A stretch of DNA of 64,000 bases. It comes from Candidatus Latescibacterota bacterium. Its GTDB lineage: Bacteria > Latescibacterota > UBA2968 > UBA8231. Numbering within the stretch: the first letter of the stretch is position 1; every line of letters starts with the position of its first letter. Position numbers and translations under genes: made by a program. The notes beneath the pieces were generated by a model that did not search any database, had not been told where the DNA came from, and saw only the letters and a program-made list of their open reading frames with translations. Positions 1 through 9,192 of this stretch are shown in pieces. The stretch is from NCBI GenBank assembly GCA_963422735.1, contig OY730476.1, forward strand, positions 2,336,001 through 2,400,000, written 5' to 3'.

Positions 1-2
1 AT

Positions 3-431
3 TACGCGTACAACCGCCAAGCATATCAGGAGGCCATAGACGCGTACAATAAGGTGCGAGAATGCTACGCCGATGCGCCGGTGGCCGAACAGGTCCCCCG
101 CCTGATCGCCGAGTTGGAGGAGTCGGTGGCCTACGAATTCTACGAGCGGGGCCTAGCCCTGATGGATTCGGCCGATGTGACCAAAGAGCAGCACTATTTC
201 AAGGAGGCGATAGAGATTTTCGAGGAGGTGATGGAGCGCTACCCCGAGACCGAGAGCGCCTTGGGATCTCTCAGCAACTTGGGCGTGTGTCTGGAGGGAC
301 TGAACAAGTGGAAAGACGCCGTCGAAGTATACGACCAAGTCATCGGCCTGTACGAAGACAAACGGGCTTCGCGAGAAGCTTTCCAATTTGCCAAGTCGCA
401 CCGGGATTGGATCGTCAGTACGCGCTTGTGA
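3..431 (+). CDS. TPR-repeat protein, C-terminal part (5' end outside window)
   Basis: Frame is open from base 3 (YAYNRQAYQEAIDAYNKV...). TPR-like helices EAIEIFEEVMERYP and LSNLGVCLEGLNKWKDAVEVYDQV. Confidence 0.75.
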   Translation, partial: YAYNRQAYQEAIDAYNKVRECYADAPVAEQVPRLIAELEESVAYEFYERGLALMDSADVTKEQHYFKEAIEIFEEVMERYPETESALGSLSNLGVCLEGLNKWKDAVEVYDQVIGLYEDKRASREAFQFAKSHRDWIVSTRL

Positions 432-479
432 ATTTGTTTTGCACCGCCGGAGGTAGAGACAACAAATGAGGATTTGGCT

Positions 480-1013
480 ATGTTGATACGACCCCTGACG
501 GCCATTTTGGGCAGTGCCGTGTTGCTCCTCGCCAGCCAAGGGCTCTGGGCCCAGGAGGTGCGTCAGAGCGGCGTCTCGCGCCTGCAGGCTGTTAGTCTAT
601 CCCTGATCTTTCCCGGATTGGGCCAGTTGGCCACCGGCCGCAAGCCCAAGGGCACGACCCTGATGGTCGCCGAGATGGGCTGTCTGGTGATCTGGTTGAC
701 GTCGCACGAGGACTTCAATACCCAGGAAGTACAATTCGAACTGGAAAAGGAGCGCTACCAAGCGTTGCGGGATGCCGGCACTTTTGCCCAGGCCGAGGAG
801 AGTTGGCAACGACTGGCGGACAAGAAAGACGATCTTGGCCGGTCCCATCTGTTGCGTCGAGTCTTTGGCGTCCTGAGCTTGGCGACGTACAGCTACAATG
901 TGCTAGATGTGCTGTTCTACGGCGGTGCCGCGTCCGTGGCGGGCAAAGGCGTCAATCTAGTGCCCATGGCCGCTGCCAACGCCCCGGGCATGGGCTTAGT
1001 GGCCCGTTTTTAA
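480..1013 (+). CDS. Secreted/membrane hypothetical protein (DUF5683-like, SLIFPGLGQL motif)
   Basis: Signal-like N-terminus, PGLGQ motif, C-terminal Phe. GAGG RBS before ATG 480. Confidence 0.55.
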   Translation: MLIRPLTAILGSAVLLLASQGLWAQEVRQSGVSRLQAVSLSLIFPGLGQLATGRKPKGTTLMVAEMGCLVIWLTSHEDFNTQEVQFELEKERYQALRDAGTFAQAEESWQRLADKKDDLGRSHLLRRVFGVLSLATYSYNVLDVLFYGGAASVAGKGVNLVPMAAANAPGMGLVARF

Positions 1014-1038
1014 CAGCATCCTTGTAAGGAGTTCGGGC

Positions 1039-1422
1039 ATGTATAGAGCGATACGCCTTTTCGCGGGAACGGCACTGGTGGCCCTAGTCGCCTGCAGTAA
1101 CGACACGGAGATGCCTTCCCAGTACCATCGAGGTCTCCTCGCCCAACCTACCGATGTGCAGGCGGGGGTAGAGGGAGGGCTCGTGAGCGTGTCTTGGCAG
1201 ATGGCCACCGCGGAGAATGTCGCCGGTTTCGTCGTCAGCTTCACGGACGCCAGCGGCGGCATGGAGACTAAGGCAGTAGCAGATCTGGACGCCCGCGCCT
1301 TTGTTGACGATGGATCGTTGAGTACCGAATCGGGGACCGTTTGGCAGATTCGCGTGTGGGCGGCCGACGCCCGCGATTTTTTCGGGCCACAATCCGAGCC
1401 CTTTATCTTAGAAGTGCCCTAG
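1039..1422 (+). CDS. Lipoprotein with fibronectin type III-like domain
   Basis: Lipobox LVAC. FN3-like pattern PTDVQA...VSVSWQ...GFVV...WQIRVWA. AAGGAG RBS. Confidence 0.6.
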   Translation: MYRAIRLFAGTALVALVACSNDTEMPSQYHRGLLAQPTDVQAGVEGGLVSVSWQMATAENVAGFVVSFTDASGGMETKAVADLDARAFVDDGSLSTESGTVWQIRVWAADARDFFGPQSEPFILEVP

Positions 1423-1439
1423 AATAGGGATAGGATCCC

Positions 1440-2675
1440 ATGCCGCTAGACCGAAGTCGTTTCAGGGCACCGGGCGACGAACTGCGCTTGAGTCGCCTGC
1501 TCAAGACCTATCGCGCCACCATTTGGGGATTGGCCATCGCTCTAGTGTCATCGTCGGGGGGGATAGCCTATTTCATCGTGGTGGCCAAGGAGCGGGCCGC
1601 GCCTCCGCCGGCGGTCACCCGGCTCATCATCCGCAAGCCCAAATCGACCAAGCCGTTTGCCCTCAAACGCCAGCGCCTGCGCCCCCGGGCCATGACCAAG
1701 CAGGTGACCACCATGAAACCCCGACTGGCTGCGCCCACGACCCGCCGCTTGCCCGGTGCCTCGGTGTTCGGCCGCATTGAGGCTTTCGAATATGCCGTGG
1801 AAGCCGACGTGCAGATCGATTTGCAGACCACTCCCATCGAGCTGTCGGCCGCCCGGGTCAAGGGTACCAAGGAACCGGAGAAGCGCATTGCCATGCGCGA
1901 AGAATTGCTCGACCTCGATGCGCTGGACACGGGCAAGTACAAGGGCCTGATCATCCAAGACCCGACGGACAAAAAAAACGTCAAGGGCTTCGTCTATCTG
2001 GGCACGGCTTGGGCCACGGACCTGGAGCCGATCTTTGACAGCGCCGCCAAGGCCGTGCCCAATCTGGTCGATGCGCTCAATGAGCAGACGGGCATCACCG
2101 CCAAGGTCGACGAGCACCTCTTCCTCGATTCGCAGGAACTCTTCCGCACACCTTTTGTGTACATCACCGCGAACGAGGCTTTTGAACTAACCGAGCGCGA
2201 AATGCACAACTTGGGTGATTACCTGCGCAACGGGGGTTTTGTTTTTGTCGACAACGCCACCCCCACGCTCGAGTTCAGCCAGGCCGAGGCCTCGCTGCGG
2301 CAGATTTTCCGCGATGCCTTGGGTGCCCAGGGGACCCTGCGGCCCATTCACAATACGCATCCCATTTACCACACGTTCTACGATTTCGACGGTCCGCCCG
2401 TCGGTTCGGAATTGCAGGTCGACTCCTTTGCCGATCAGCGAGGCCAGAATTTCCAGACTATTGCCGAGTCGGTGTACAACCTCGAGGGGATCTTCTTGGA
2501 CAACCGCTTGGTGGGAATTTATTCGGACAAGGGATACGTGCACAACTGGGCTCAGCTATACGGCAACGAGCCGCAATTGCGCTTTGGCATCAACGCCGTT
2601 ATTTTCGCCCTCACCCAAGCGGGATCCATCGCCCAGCAGCAAATCGACTTTTACAGTCAGGTCAGTAGCCAATGA
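1440..2675 (+). CDS. DUF4159 domain membrane-anchored protein
   Basis: N-terminal TM helix. PFVYIT...LGDYLRNGGFVFVDN and HPIYHTFYDF motifs are typical of DUF4159. Confidence 0.75.
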   Translation: MPLDRSRFRAPGDELRLSRLLKTYRATIWGLAIALVSSSGGIAYFIVVAKERAAPPPAVTRLIIRKPKSTKPFALKRQRLRPRAMTKQVTTMKPRLAAPTTRRLPGASVFGRIEAFEYAVEADVQIDLQTTPIELSAARVKGTKEPEKRIAMREELLDLDALDTGKYKGLIIQDPTDKKNVKGFVYLGTAWATDLEPIFDSAAKAVPNLVDALNEQTGITAKVDEHLFLDSQELFRTPFVYITANEAFELTEREMHNLGDYLRNGGFVFVDNATPTLEFSQAEASLRQIFRDALGAQGTLRPIHNTHPIYHTFYDFDGPPVGSELQVDSFADQRGQNFQTIAESVYNLEGIFLDNRLVGIYSDKGYVHNWAQLYGNEPQLRFGINAVIFALTQAGSIAQQQIDFYSQVSSQ

Positions 2676-3439
2676 GGTACGCGATCATGCGTTTTGCCGC
2701 CGTACTGTTGGTTTTCAGCGGGTGCAGTTTCTTCACGCCACCCAATATCCAGTACAGCAACGACTTGGTCCCCAGTGCCCAGCAGGCCAGCCCGAAGGAC
2801 TATGTGGTGGAGGTGGAGGGATCCGTCACCTACGCCATCGAAGGCTTGCGCGTCAAAGTCGAGTCCATGACAGACGCGAAATTGAACGCTATATTCCCCG
2901 AGGACTCGCACCGGGGTTTCTTCTCCACCAACCCCTATACGTACGGGGACTGGATCGACCCGCTCGTGGGCCATACGCCCAAGCGCTTCACTGTATTCCG
3001 CATCAGCGTCACCAACGATGTGTACGCCAAGGTCATGCTGGACCCCATCAAGGCCCTGCTCTACACTGATCGGGGCGAGGTGCTACATTCCTTTGGCCTG
3101 CCGTCTTTCTCGCCGCACAATAGTTTTGAGCGCTACTATCGGGCCATCCGGGGCCAGAGCGGCAACGAGTTCTACCGTTTCGACCTGCGCATGGGCAATG
3201 TGCGCAGCACCGCTTATATAGAGGACCAGAAAGTGTTCAAGGGAGAAAACTACACTGGTTTGCTGGCCTTTGAACCGCTCGACGAGGAAGTGCGGCAGGT
3301 GCGCTTGGCACTCAAGGATTTCGTCCTGAAATTCGACGCTTCCGAACAGCCCATAGAAACAGTGGACATCGTCCTCGAATTCGAGCAACAAATCGAAAGG
3401 GACGCAGTGCAACAGGCGACCACCGCGTCCCAGGGATAG
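2672..3439 (+). CDS. Lipoprotein, unknown function
   Basis: Lipobox FSGC. ATGA overlap with the upstream gene. Confidence 0.65.
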   Translation: MRYAIMRFAAVLLVFSGCSFFTPPNIQYSNDLVPSAQQASPKDYVVEVEGSVTYAIEGLRVKVESMTDAKLNAIFPEDSHRGFFSTNPYTYGDWIDPLVGHTPKRFTVFRISVTNDVYAKVMLDPIKALLYTDRGEVLHSFGLPSFSPHNSFERYYRAIRGQSGNEFYRFDLRMGNVRSTAYIEDQKVFKGENYTGLLAFEPLDEEVRQVRLALKDFVLKFDASEQPIETVDIVLEFEQQIERDAVQQATTASQG

Positions 3440-3672
3440 GCCCGATGGGCGCTCCTCTGCATCTGCGCCGCGATCCTCGCCGCTGGAGCGGCCCGGGGGC
3501 GGCAAGAGAGTGCGTATTTTATCGTGCGCGTCGCCGTTCTCGACTCTGAAGACAAGACGGGCTTTCAGGGGAAGTGGAAATTGGCCGGGGATGTTCCCGC
3601 GCTCTTTGGGAAAATACCTCGCGGCGGACGAGACCATTGCCGTAGTGTCTAGGGACAGCGTAGAGGAGGTAC
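3440..3672 (+). pseudogene. Remnant of a secreted protein (CsgG/HfaB-like N-terminus), frameshifted and truncated
   Basis: Reads ARWALLCICAAILAAGAARG...VRVAVLDSEDKTGFQGKWKLAGDVPALF, then shifts frame at GGGAAAATAC into GKYLAADETIAVVSRDSVEE. No in-frame start. Confidence 0.45.
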
Positions 3673-4118
3673 ATGGTGCTGCAACAGGAGTTGGCCGACC
3701 TGAAGGCGGAACTGGTGATTCAGACCGAGGAGTCGGCGCGGGGGCCGCCCATTCGGCCGATCATTCCGCCCCGCAAGGATGCCAAGATTGAGCAACATGG
3801 TAATCGAAAGGCCGAACCGTTGACCCGCGATGCGACGATTCGGGCGATCCGCCAGCGGGGCCGTCGAGGCTGAAAACAGGCCAGTGGTTATCCTCGCCGC
3901 TCATTGGCTGAAACGCAGATGGCTCACTGCAAGAGACTCATTGGGGCCATCTTACATGCGCGGCCTAGCAAACCAACAGAGTGAAACGCGGTTGGGAGGG
4001 ACCCTGCTCAACCGGCTGCTCCATCTGGGGGAACCGGAGTCCTATTCGGTAGATAACGACGCTTAAACATCGGGGGTTGGGGCCAACAGGTCCCGGCCGG
4101 TTTTCATGCAACAAAGCC
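3673..4118 (+). mobile_element. IS5 family (IS903 group) transposase C-terminal remnant with right inverted repeat
   Basis: IIPPRKDAKIEQHGN...RDATIRAIRQRGRRG*KQASGYPRRSLAET.../ANQQSETR...LNRLLHLGEPESYSV, with a stop and a frameshift. The end reads GGCTTTGTTGCATGAA on the minus strand, like the IS903 IR. Confidence 0.8.
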
Positions 4119-4150
4119 ATGCATAACTAAAACTTAAAAAGCGAGGAAAT

Positions 4151-6061
4151 GTGATGAAAGTATTGCACATTTTGGGAATGGCCGTCATGGCTCTATTCCT
4201 CTCTGTGGGGTCTGCCAGTGCTTTTCTGCACGCCGGTAGTGCCGACGTCGGCTTGGCCGATATGACCAGCGGCGGCAGACCTCCCACCATCCTCAACATC
4301 GAAGGGCTAAGCGACATCGAAGACTACACCTTTGATGGTTCGGATCTGGAGATCAATTTCACCCTCGATGGCACCGGCGCCACCGTGTGGCTCATCATCT
4401 ACACCACGGGCGAGAATCCGCCCCTGACCATTGAGGGCGAAGGGCCGCCCCCGTACCAGGACGCCGAGCACGGCGATCCGGGTTGGCACGTGTACGACGG
4501 CGTCGATTTTCTGGTCTTCAAATCCGAAGGCCAGCGCTTTGAAGAAGGCTCCAACACCATCGTGTGGAACGGCCGAGACATGCACGGCAATGTAGTGGAG
4601 GCCGGCGAGTACCACCTGTACTTGGCCGCGTACGACGACGAGGCCACGCCCCATCTCGTCGGTCCGGTGAAGCGGACCACGGGTTCGTATCGCTTTGTCG
4701 CCATCGACCCGAGCCGCGACCTACTGTACGGCGCCCTGTACAAGGCGACCATGACCGACGACTGGATCGAGCACGACTGGTCCGCTCAGACGGATGCACT
4801 CGACGCCTTTGATTTTACCTCCCTGAGCGCTGCCTGCGGCGAGCGCTGCAGCGGCGATGCCCTCAGGACTGTCAACCTGCTCAGTGGAAATGACTGGATC
4901 GGTAATATCCAGTCTGGGACGGGTTTTATGCTGCGCGGTTCCATCGACTGGGATTCCAACCAACTCATCGTCAACGAGGACTGGGGCTTGGACGCCGGCG
5001 CCGAGAACGGCATCATCGAGAACGGTATGCCCGGCCGTTCCTACGGCTCATACCTCAATTCGGACAAGACCATCTTGCTGACTACCGGCGGGGTCTCCGG
5101 CACCCAGAGTTCCATGGCCGGCTGGTCGGTCGAGACCGGCGAAAAGCTCTTCGAGTGGAATCAGTCGGATCTGTGGCTCTACGATAACAAGGGCAGCGAC
5201 CGTAGCAGCGGCCCCGGTTGGGTGGCCAAGCAGTACAACGGCGAGCCCGATCCCTTTGGCATTGCTGCCACTGGCCACCACACCTCGTTGATAACGCGCC
5301 ACGACTGGGACGGCAACTTGAAATGGATCAACCGCAACGGCGACGGCTTTGGCGACCAGCGGCCTTGGAGCGCGGAAGCCGGATTTGCCGACTTGATCTA
5401 CGGCCACACCGAGGCACCCAACTTCAAGTACTCGATCTACGTCACCGACTGGGGCTGGGTCTCGCTGCCGGCCAACGGTCTCGACAATGTCAACTTCGGA
5501 TATGTCTTGGGCCAGGACGGCTCGGGTCTGTTCAATTTCCAACCCAAGCAAGCCCCCCTGACCTGGCCGCAGTTTACCATCATCGTCAACGACGACACCA
5601 ACTGGGACGGCGTGTACTTAGCCGTGGGCGGCATTCAGGACGAAGCCGCCGCCAACGACTGGATACCCGCTGATACGCCTTTCCCCAATACCTATCCCAT
5701 CGCGCACTGGCCCTATGACCAGAAGAGGGTCAACCTAGGTACGATGATGACGGCGGTTATCGAGCATGAAGGGAACACGCCAGACGCCTACGAGTTGGGC
5801 AATGCCTATCCCAACCCGTTCAACCCCGAGACGACCATTCGCTTCTCCCTGCCTTGGAGCGTTGACGTCAAGGTCGACGTCTTCAACGACCAGGGTCAGC
5901 TCGTCCGCACATTGGTTGACGATACGTTGAATGCGGGGCAGTTCGAGGTGACTTGGGACGGCACGGACGACGCGGGCCATCAGGTCGCCAGCGGAGTGTA
6001 CATCTATAAGATCAATGCGCCAAACCTGAGTTTGAGCAAGAAGGTGACTTTCCTCAAATGA
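4151..6061 (+). CDS. Secreted protein with T9SS type-A-like/FlgD-Ig C-terminal domain and a second N-terminal FlgD-like domain
   Basis: Signal peptide. C-terminal NAYPNPFNPETTIRFSLP...WDGTDDAGHQVASGVYIYKI...KKVTFLK. N-terminal IVWNGRDMHGNVVEAGEY. Confidence 0.8.
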   Translation: MMKVLHILGMAVMALFLSVGSASAFLHAGSADVGLADMTSGGRPPTILNIEGLSDIEDYTFDGSDLEINFTLDGTGATVWLIIYTTGENPPLTIEGEGPPPYQDAEHGDPGWHVYDGVDFLVFKSEGQRFEEGSNTIVWNGRDMHGNVVEAGEYHLYLAAYDDEATPHLVGPVKRTTGSYRFVAIDPSRDLLYGALYKATMTDDWIEHDWSAQTDALDAFDFTSLSAACGERCSGDALRTVNLLSGNDWIGNIQSGTGFMLRGSIDWDSNQLIVNEDWGLDAGAENGIIENGMPGRSYGSYLNSDKTILLTTGGVSGTQSSMAGWSVETGEKLFEWNQSDLWLYDNKGSDRSSGPGWVAKQYNGEPDPFGIAATGHHTSLITRHDWDGNLKWINRNGDGFGDQRPWSAEAGFADLIYGHTEAPNFKYSIYVTDWGWVSLPANGLDNVNFGYVLGQDGSGLFNFQPKQAPLTWPQFTIIVNDDTNWDGVYLAVGGIQDEAAANDWIPADTPFPNTYPIAHWPYDQKRVNLGTMMTAVIEHEGNTPDAYELGNAYPNPFNPETTIRFSLPWSVDVKVDVFNDQGQLVRTLVDDTLNAGQFEVTWDGTDDAGHQVASGVYIYKINAPNLSLSKKVTFLK

Positions 6062-6097
6062 GGTTCTCGCTGCCAATCGCCTAGATGGATCTGCACC

Positions 6098-6130
6098 AAG
6101 TGCCGCCGGTTTTGCCGGCGGCACTTTTTT
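6098..6130 (+). terminator. Rho-independent terminator
   Basis: AAGTGCCGCCGG-TTTTG-CCGGCGGCACTT followed by a T run. Confidence 0.85.
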
Positions 6131-6339
6131 GCTCAAAGAGGTGATTGTCGCCGATCTCGCACGGTTCAGGTGGGTGGCAGTACGACGCGGTATTATAGAG
6201 AGACGCCGCTGGCCAACTGGCGTCTCTCGGCTTCCGGCTTCTCGAACCTATCAGCGCGGTCATTTCTTGCCCAACAGACTGCATACCGCGAATGTTGTGC
6301 AGACGGTCTGGGGCCCTAACACTCAAAGGATACAGCATA

Positions 6340-7065
6340 TCAGCCTTCGTCGTATCCCTTCACGGGCCGCGCCCAGATATTGCGATAGCGCACTAGGTCG
6401 CCGTGATCTTGCAGGCGAAGTGGGCCAGCGGGGGGATGTGCTTCGTAGCGATAGACGCCTCGGTGGCCCGTGGGGCCTAAGACCTCGACGTGGTGGTGGA
6501 CCAAGACTCCGTTGTGGAGCAAAGTGAGATAGGCCGGGCCGACCAGTTCGGTGCCGCTAAAGCGCGGGGCCGTCCAGAAGATGTCGTAGGTCTGCCATTG
6601 GCCGGGCGGGCGGCAGGCGTTGACCAGCGGCGGATACTCGCCATAGACGGCGGCCGTGGTGCCGTCGGCATACGTGGGGTTGTCGTACCCGTCGAGGACT
6701 TGGATCTCGTATAGGCTCATGAGGAAGACGCCGCTGTTACCGCGCCCCTGGCTCTCGCCTTTGACCTCGCTGGGGCAGGCGAATTCTAGATGGTACTGGA
6801 CATTGCCAAAGCGCACCCTGCTCACGATGTCCCCAGACCGGGGCACGACCTCCATATATCCGTCGGCCACCTGCCAAGGGGCGTCGCCACCGTTTGCGCT
6901 CTGCCAGCCGTCGAGGCTGGTCCCGTCGAAGAGGACGACCGCGTCTGAGGGGGGGCTGTTGTGGCTGCCGGGCGTCACGACCGCCGGGGCGGGCCGCCGG
7001 CGATCATGGACGCAATAGGGTGAGTTGGGTAGCAGGGGGGTATCGTCGTACCCTGATTTGCCCAT
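6340..7065 (-). CDS. DUF1080 / 3-keto-disaccharide hydrolase family protein
   Basis: LFDGTSLDGW, GNSGVFL, YEIQVLD, WQTYDI and LQDHGD-VRYRNIW motifs. Start MGKSG has an AAGGAG RBS. Confidence 0.85.
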   Translation of the reverse strand: MGKSGYDDTPLLPNSPYCVHDRRRPAPAVVTPGSHNSPPSDAVVLFDGTSLDGWQSANGGDAPWQVADGYMEVVPRSGDIVSRVRFGNVQYHLEFACPSEVKGESQGRGNSGVFLMSLYEIQVLDGYDNPTYADGTTAAVYGEYPPLVNACRPPGQWQTYDIFWTAPRFSGTELVGPAYLTLLHNGVLVHHHVEVLGPTGHRGVYRYEAHPPAGPLRLQDHGDLVRYRNIWARPVKGYDEG

Positions 7066-7183
7066 TAGACGAGCTCCTTGTTGGGGTTGGATAGATTGGC
7101 ATATAAAGGGAGTAGGGTGCGCTCGCGTCAATAGCCCGCCCTTGAGCATCGCATTATATTGACACGCCATTCAACGGGAGGGC

Positions 7184-9181
7184 GTGATGGTACGCGCACC
7201 GATGTACAGAATTGCACTAATCGCGCTCGCGCTGTGCCCTTCGGCGGAGGCGCAAATATCGCTGTGGCAAATCGGCGGGGCCGGGCTGGGGTGGGACGAA
7301 AGCGACACCACGCGGGTCATCATGGCCATCGACGCGAATCGCATCCGGCCCGTGTATTTTGCCGATGGCGACAACATGTTCCTGTCGGTGGCGGGTTGGT
7401 CCGAGCTGATCGCCCCGCGTGAGTTGGGGTACATCGACGGGCATCAGCCGCGGCTGTGGTATGGCGACGGCACGAACGTCAACCAGACCTCGTACTACGA
7501 CAGCCCGCTCTACGTGGATGGGCTGCGGAGTACGTACAACACGGCCCGCGACGGCTGGTGGACCCTAGACATTGGCGTACCCTTGCCGGCCATGCGCTTT
7601 GGGTTTGCCACGCCGACCGAGGGGATCCGCTCCGACGGTGTGCCGCTCAACCAGGACCCAGTGCCGGCCTTTGAGGTGAGCATTGCCGCCGAGACGAGCG
7701 ATATTCTCGCGCAAAAGGGCTATCACCGCTTAAATACCCTCATCGCCGATGTGCCGGTCAACTTTGACCCAGATGTCGAGATCGATTTTCCCCAGCAATA
7801 CGTGCGTTTTGTGCGCTATCAGCGCAAAGCATCCGCGCTCGACGAGCAGCGCACCCCCGACAGCAATACGGTGCGCGGCACCATTGCCGAGTTTGTACTC
7901 ACTGGCCGCGGCGTACCCAAGCGGGCTGTTTACCGCAGCAAAGTTCTCGACTTGGGGGCCGAGGTAAACTTTGGCCGCTTGGCGTGGGCAGCGCGTACCA
8001 TGCGGATGGTCGGCGAAGAGGCCGTGGCCGCGCCAGATGCCGAGGCATGGGTCGAAGTGGAGGTGCGAGCTGGCCGCGACGGCGACCCCAATATCTACTA
8101 CGAGTACACGGACTCGGGCCGGGAGTTTGTGGTGACGCGTGAGCGCTACGAAGGCGAATTGCGCCTGCCCGAGACCGAGGGAATCCTGCAAATTGACCGC
8201 CAGCCCGGCATCCGCGCTTCCATTGGGTACGACAGCGAGAGTTGGTCTTTTTGGTCTAGCCCCATCACTGAATCCGGTACGCGGCTCGACCTGCGCAATG
8301 GCTCGCATTTGCAGCTCCAAGTCACCCTGCAAAGCCGGGCTTTTGGCGACTGGGTGGAGCTCGACTCGCTGTGGATTGAAACCTCGCCGCCGCTGGCCGA
8401 TCAGATCGTGGGCGAAGTCGCACGCGCAGCCGACATGCAGCCCGCCCTGGGTTTTGTCCAAGTTGAGTTGGGGGCACGGGAGACGTTTGTGTACGATGTG
8501 CGTGCCTTGTTTGCCAGCACCGTCGAAGGCGGCTTTGACCGGGTGCGGATTCACACGGGGATTGCGCCCGAGTTTGCGCGCTTGGAAATGGGCGAGCCGC
8601 TCGCGGCCGTCGAGCCGTTCGCCGTGGTCGAAGGCGACACACGCTTGGAGGTACTCCTGCCGCAGAAAGTGACTGCCGAGTCCAACGAGCCGCTGCGGAT
8701 AGTCTTTGACGCGGAGGTCTTTGCGCGTGCGACGACCTTTACCGGCGAAGTGTTGGCCGAGGGAGAGAGCCGCCTGCCGCAGCCGATTGAGCCGGGCGAC
8801 GCCAGTGCCGCCATCTCTACCAATAGCCTGCGGGTGCTCGGGACTGCGGACACGGCCGCGGAGATCATTCGGCGCGTGCGCCTGTCGAGCGGGGTTATCA
8901 CGCCCAACGGCGACGGGGTCAACGACCGCTTAGCTATAGAGTACGCGCTCTTCCTTCTGCCCGCGCCCGTGCCGGTGGTGCTCGATGTGTACGACTTGGC
9001 AGGCAACCGCCGCGCCCACGTGGAAGTCGGCATGCAGGGCACCGGCCCGCAGCGGGTTTTTTGGGACGGCCGCGACGAGTTGGGCGCGTTCCTGCTCCCG
9101 GGTTTGTACTTATTGGACTTGGCACTGGTGACCGAGGCCAAGCACGGGCGCGCGCTGCAGCCGGTTGGCTTGGCCTATTAA
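7184..9181 (+). CDS. Secreted CTD-tailed protein, pair member A (copy 1)
   Basis: Signal peptide. C-terminal TPNGDGVND...WDGRDELG..LLPGLY. Paralog of 22265-24316. Confidence 0.75.
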   Translation: MMVRAPMYRIALIALALCPSAEAQISLWQIGGAGLGWDESDTTRVIMAIDANRIRPVYFADGDNMFLSVAGWSELIAPRELGYIDGHQPRLWYGDGTNVNQTSYYDSPLYVDGLRSTYNTARDGWWTLDIGVPLPAMRFGFATPTEGIRSDGVPLNQDPVPAFEVSIAAETSDILAQKGYHRLNTLIADVPVNFDPDVEIDFPQQYVRFVRYQRKASALDEQRTPDSNTVRGTIAEFVLTGRGVPKRAVYRSKVLDLGAEVNFGRLAWAARTMRMVGEEAVAAPDAEAWVEVEVRAGRDGDPNIYYEYTDSGREFVVTRERYEGELRLPETEGILQIDRQPGIRASIGYDSESWSFWSSPITESGTRLDLRNGSHLQLQVTLQSRAFGDWVELDSLWIETSPPLADQIVGEVARAADMQPALGFVQVELGARETFVYDVRALFASTVEGGFDRVRIHTGIAPEFARLEMGEPLAAVEPFAVVEGDTRLEVLLPQKVTAESNEPLRIVFDAEVFARATTFTGEVLAEGESRLPQPIEPGDASAAISTNSLRVLGTADTAAEIIRRVRLSSGVITPNGDGVNDRLAIEYALFLLPAPVPVVLDVYDLAGNRRAHVEVGMQGTGPQRVFWDGRDELGAFLLPGLYLLDLALVTEAKHGRALQPVGLAY

Positions 9182-9192
9182 GGGAGTAACGC

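Noticed and set aside
6130-6340. Possible sRNA between convergent genes
   Set aside because: The GAGAGACGCC...GGCGTCTCTC hairpin is adequately explained as a terminator-like structure for the DUF1080 gene.
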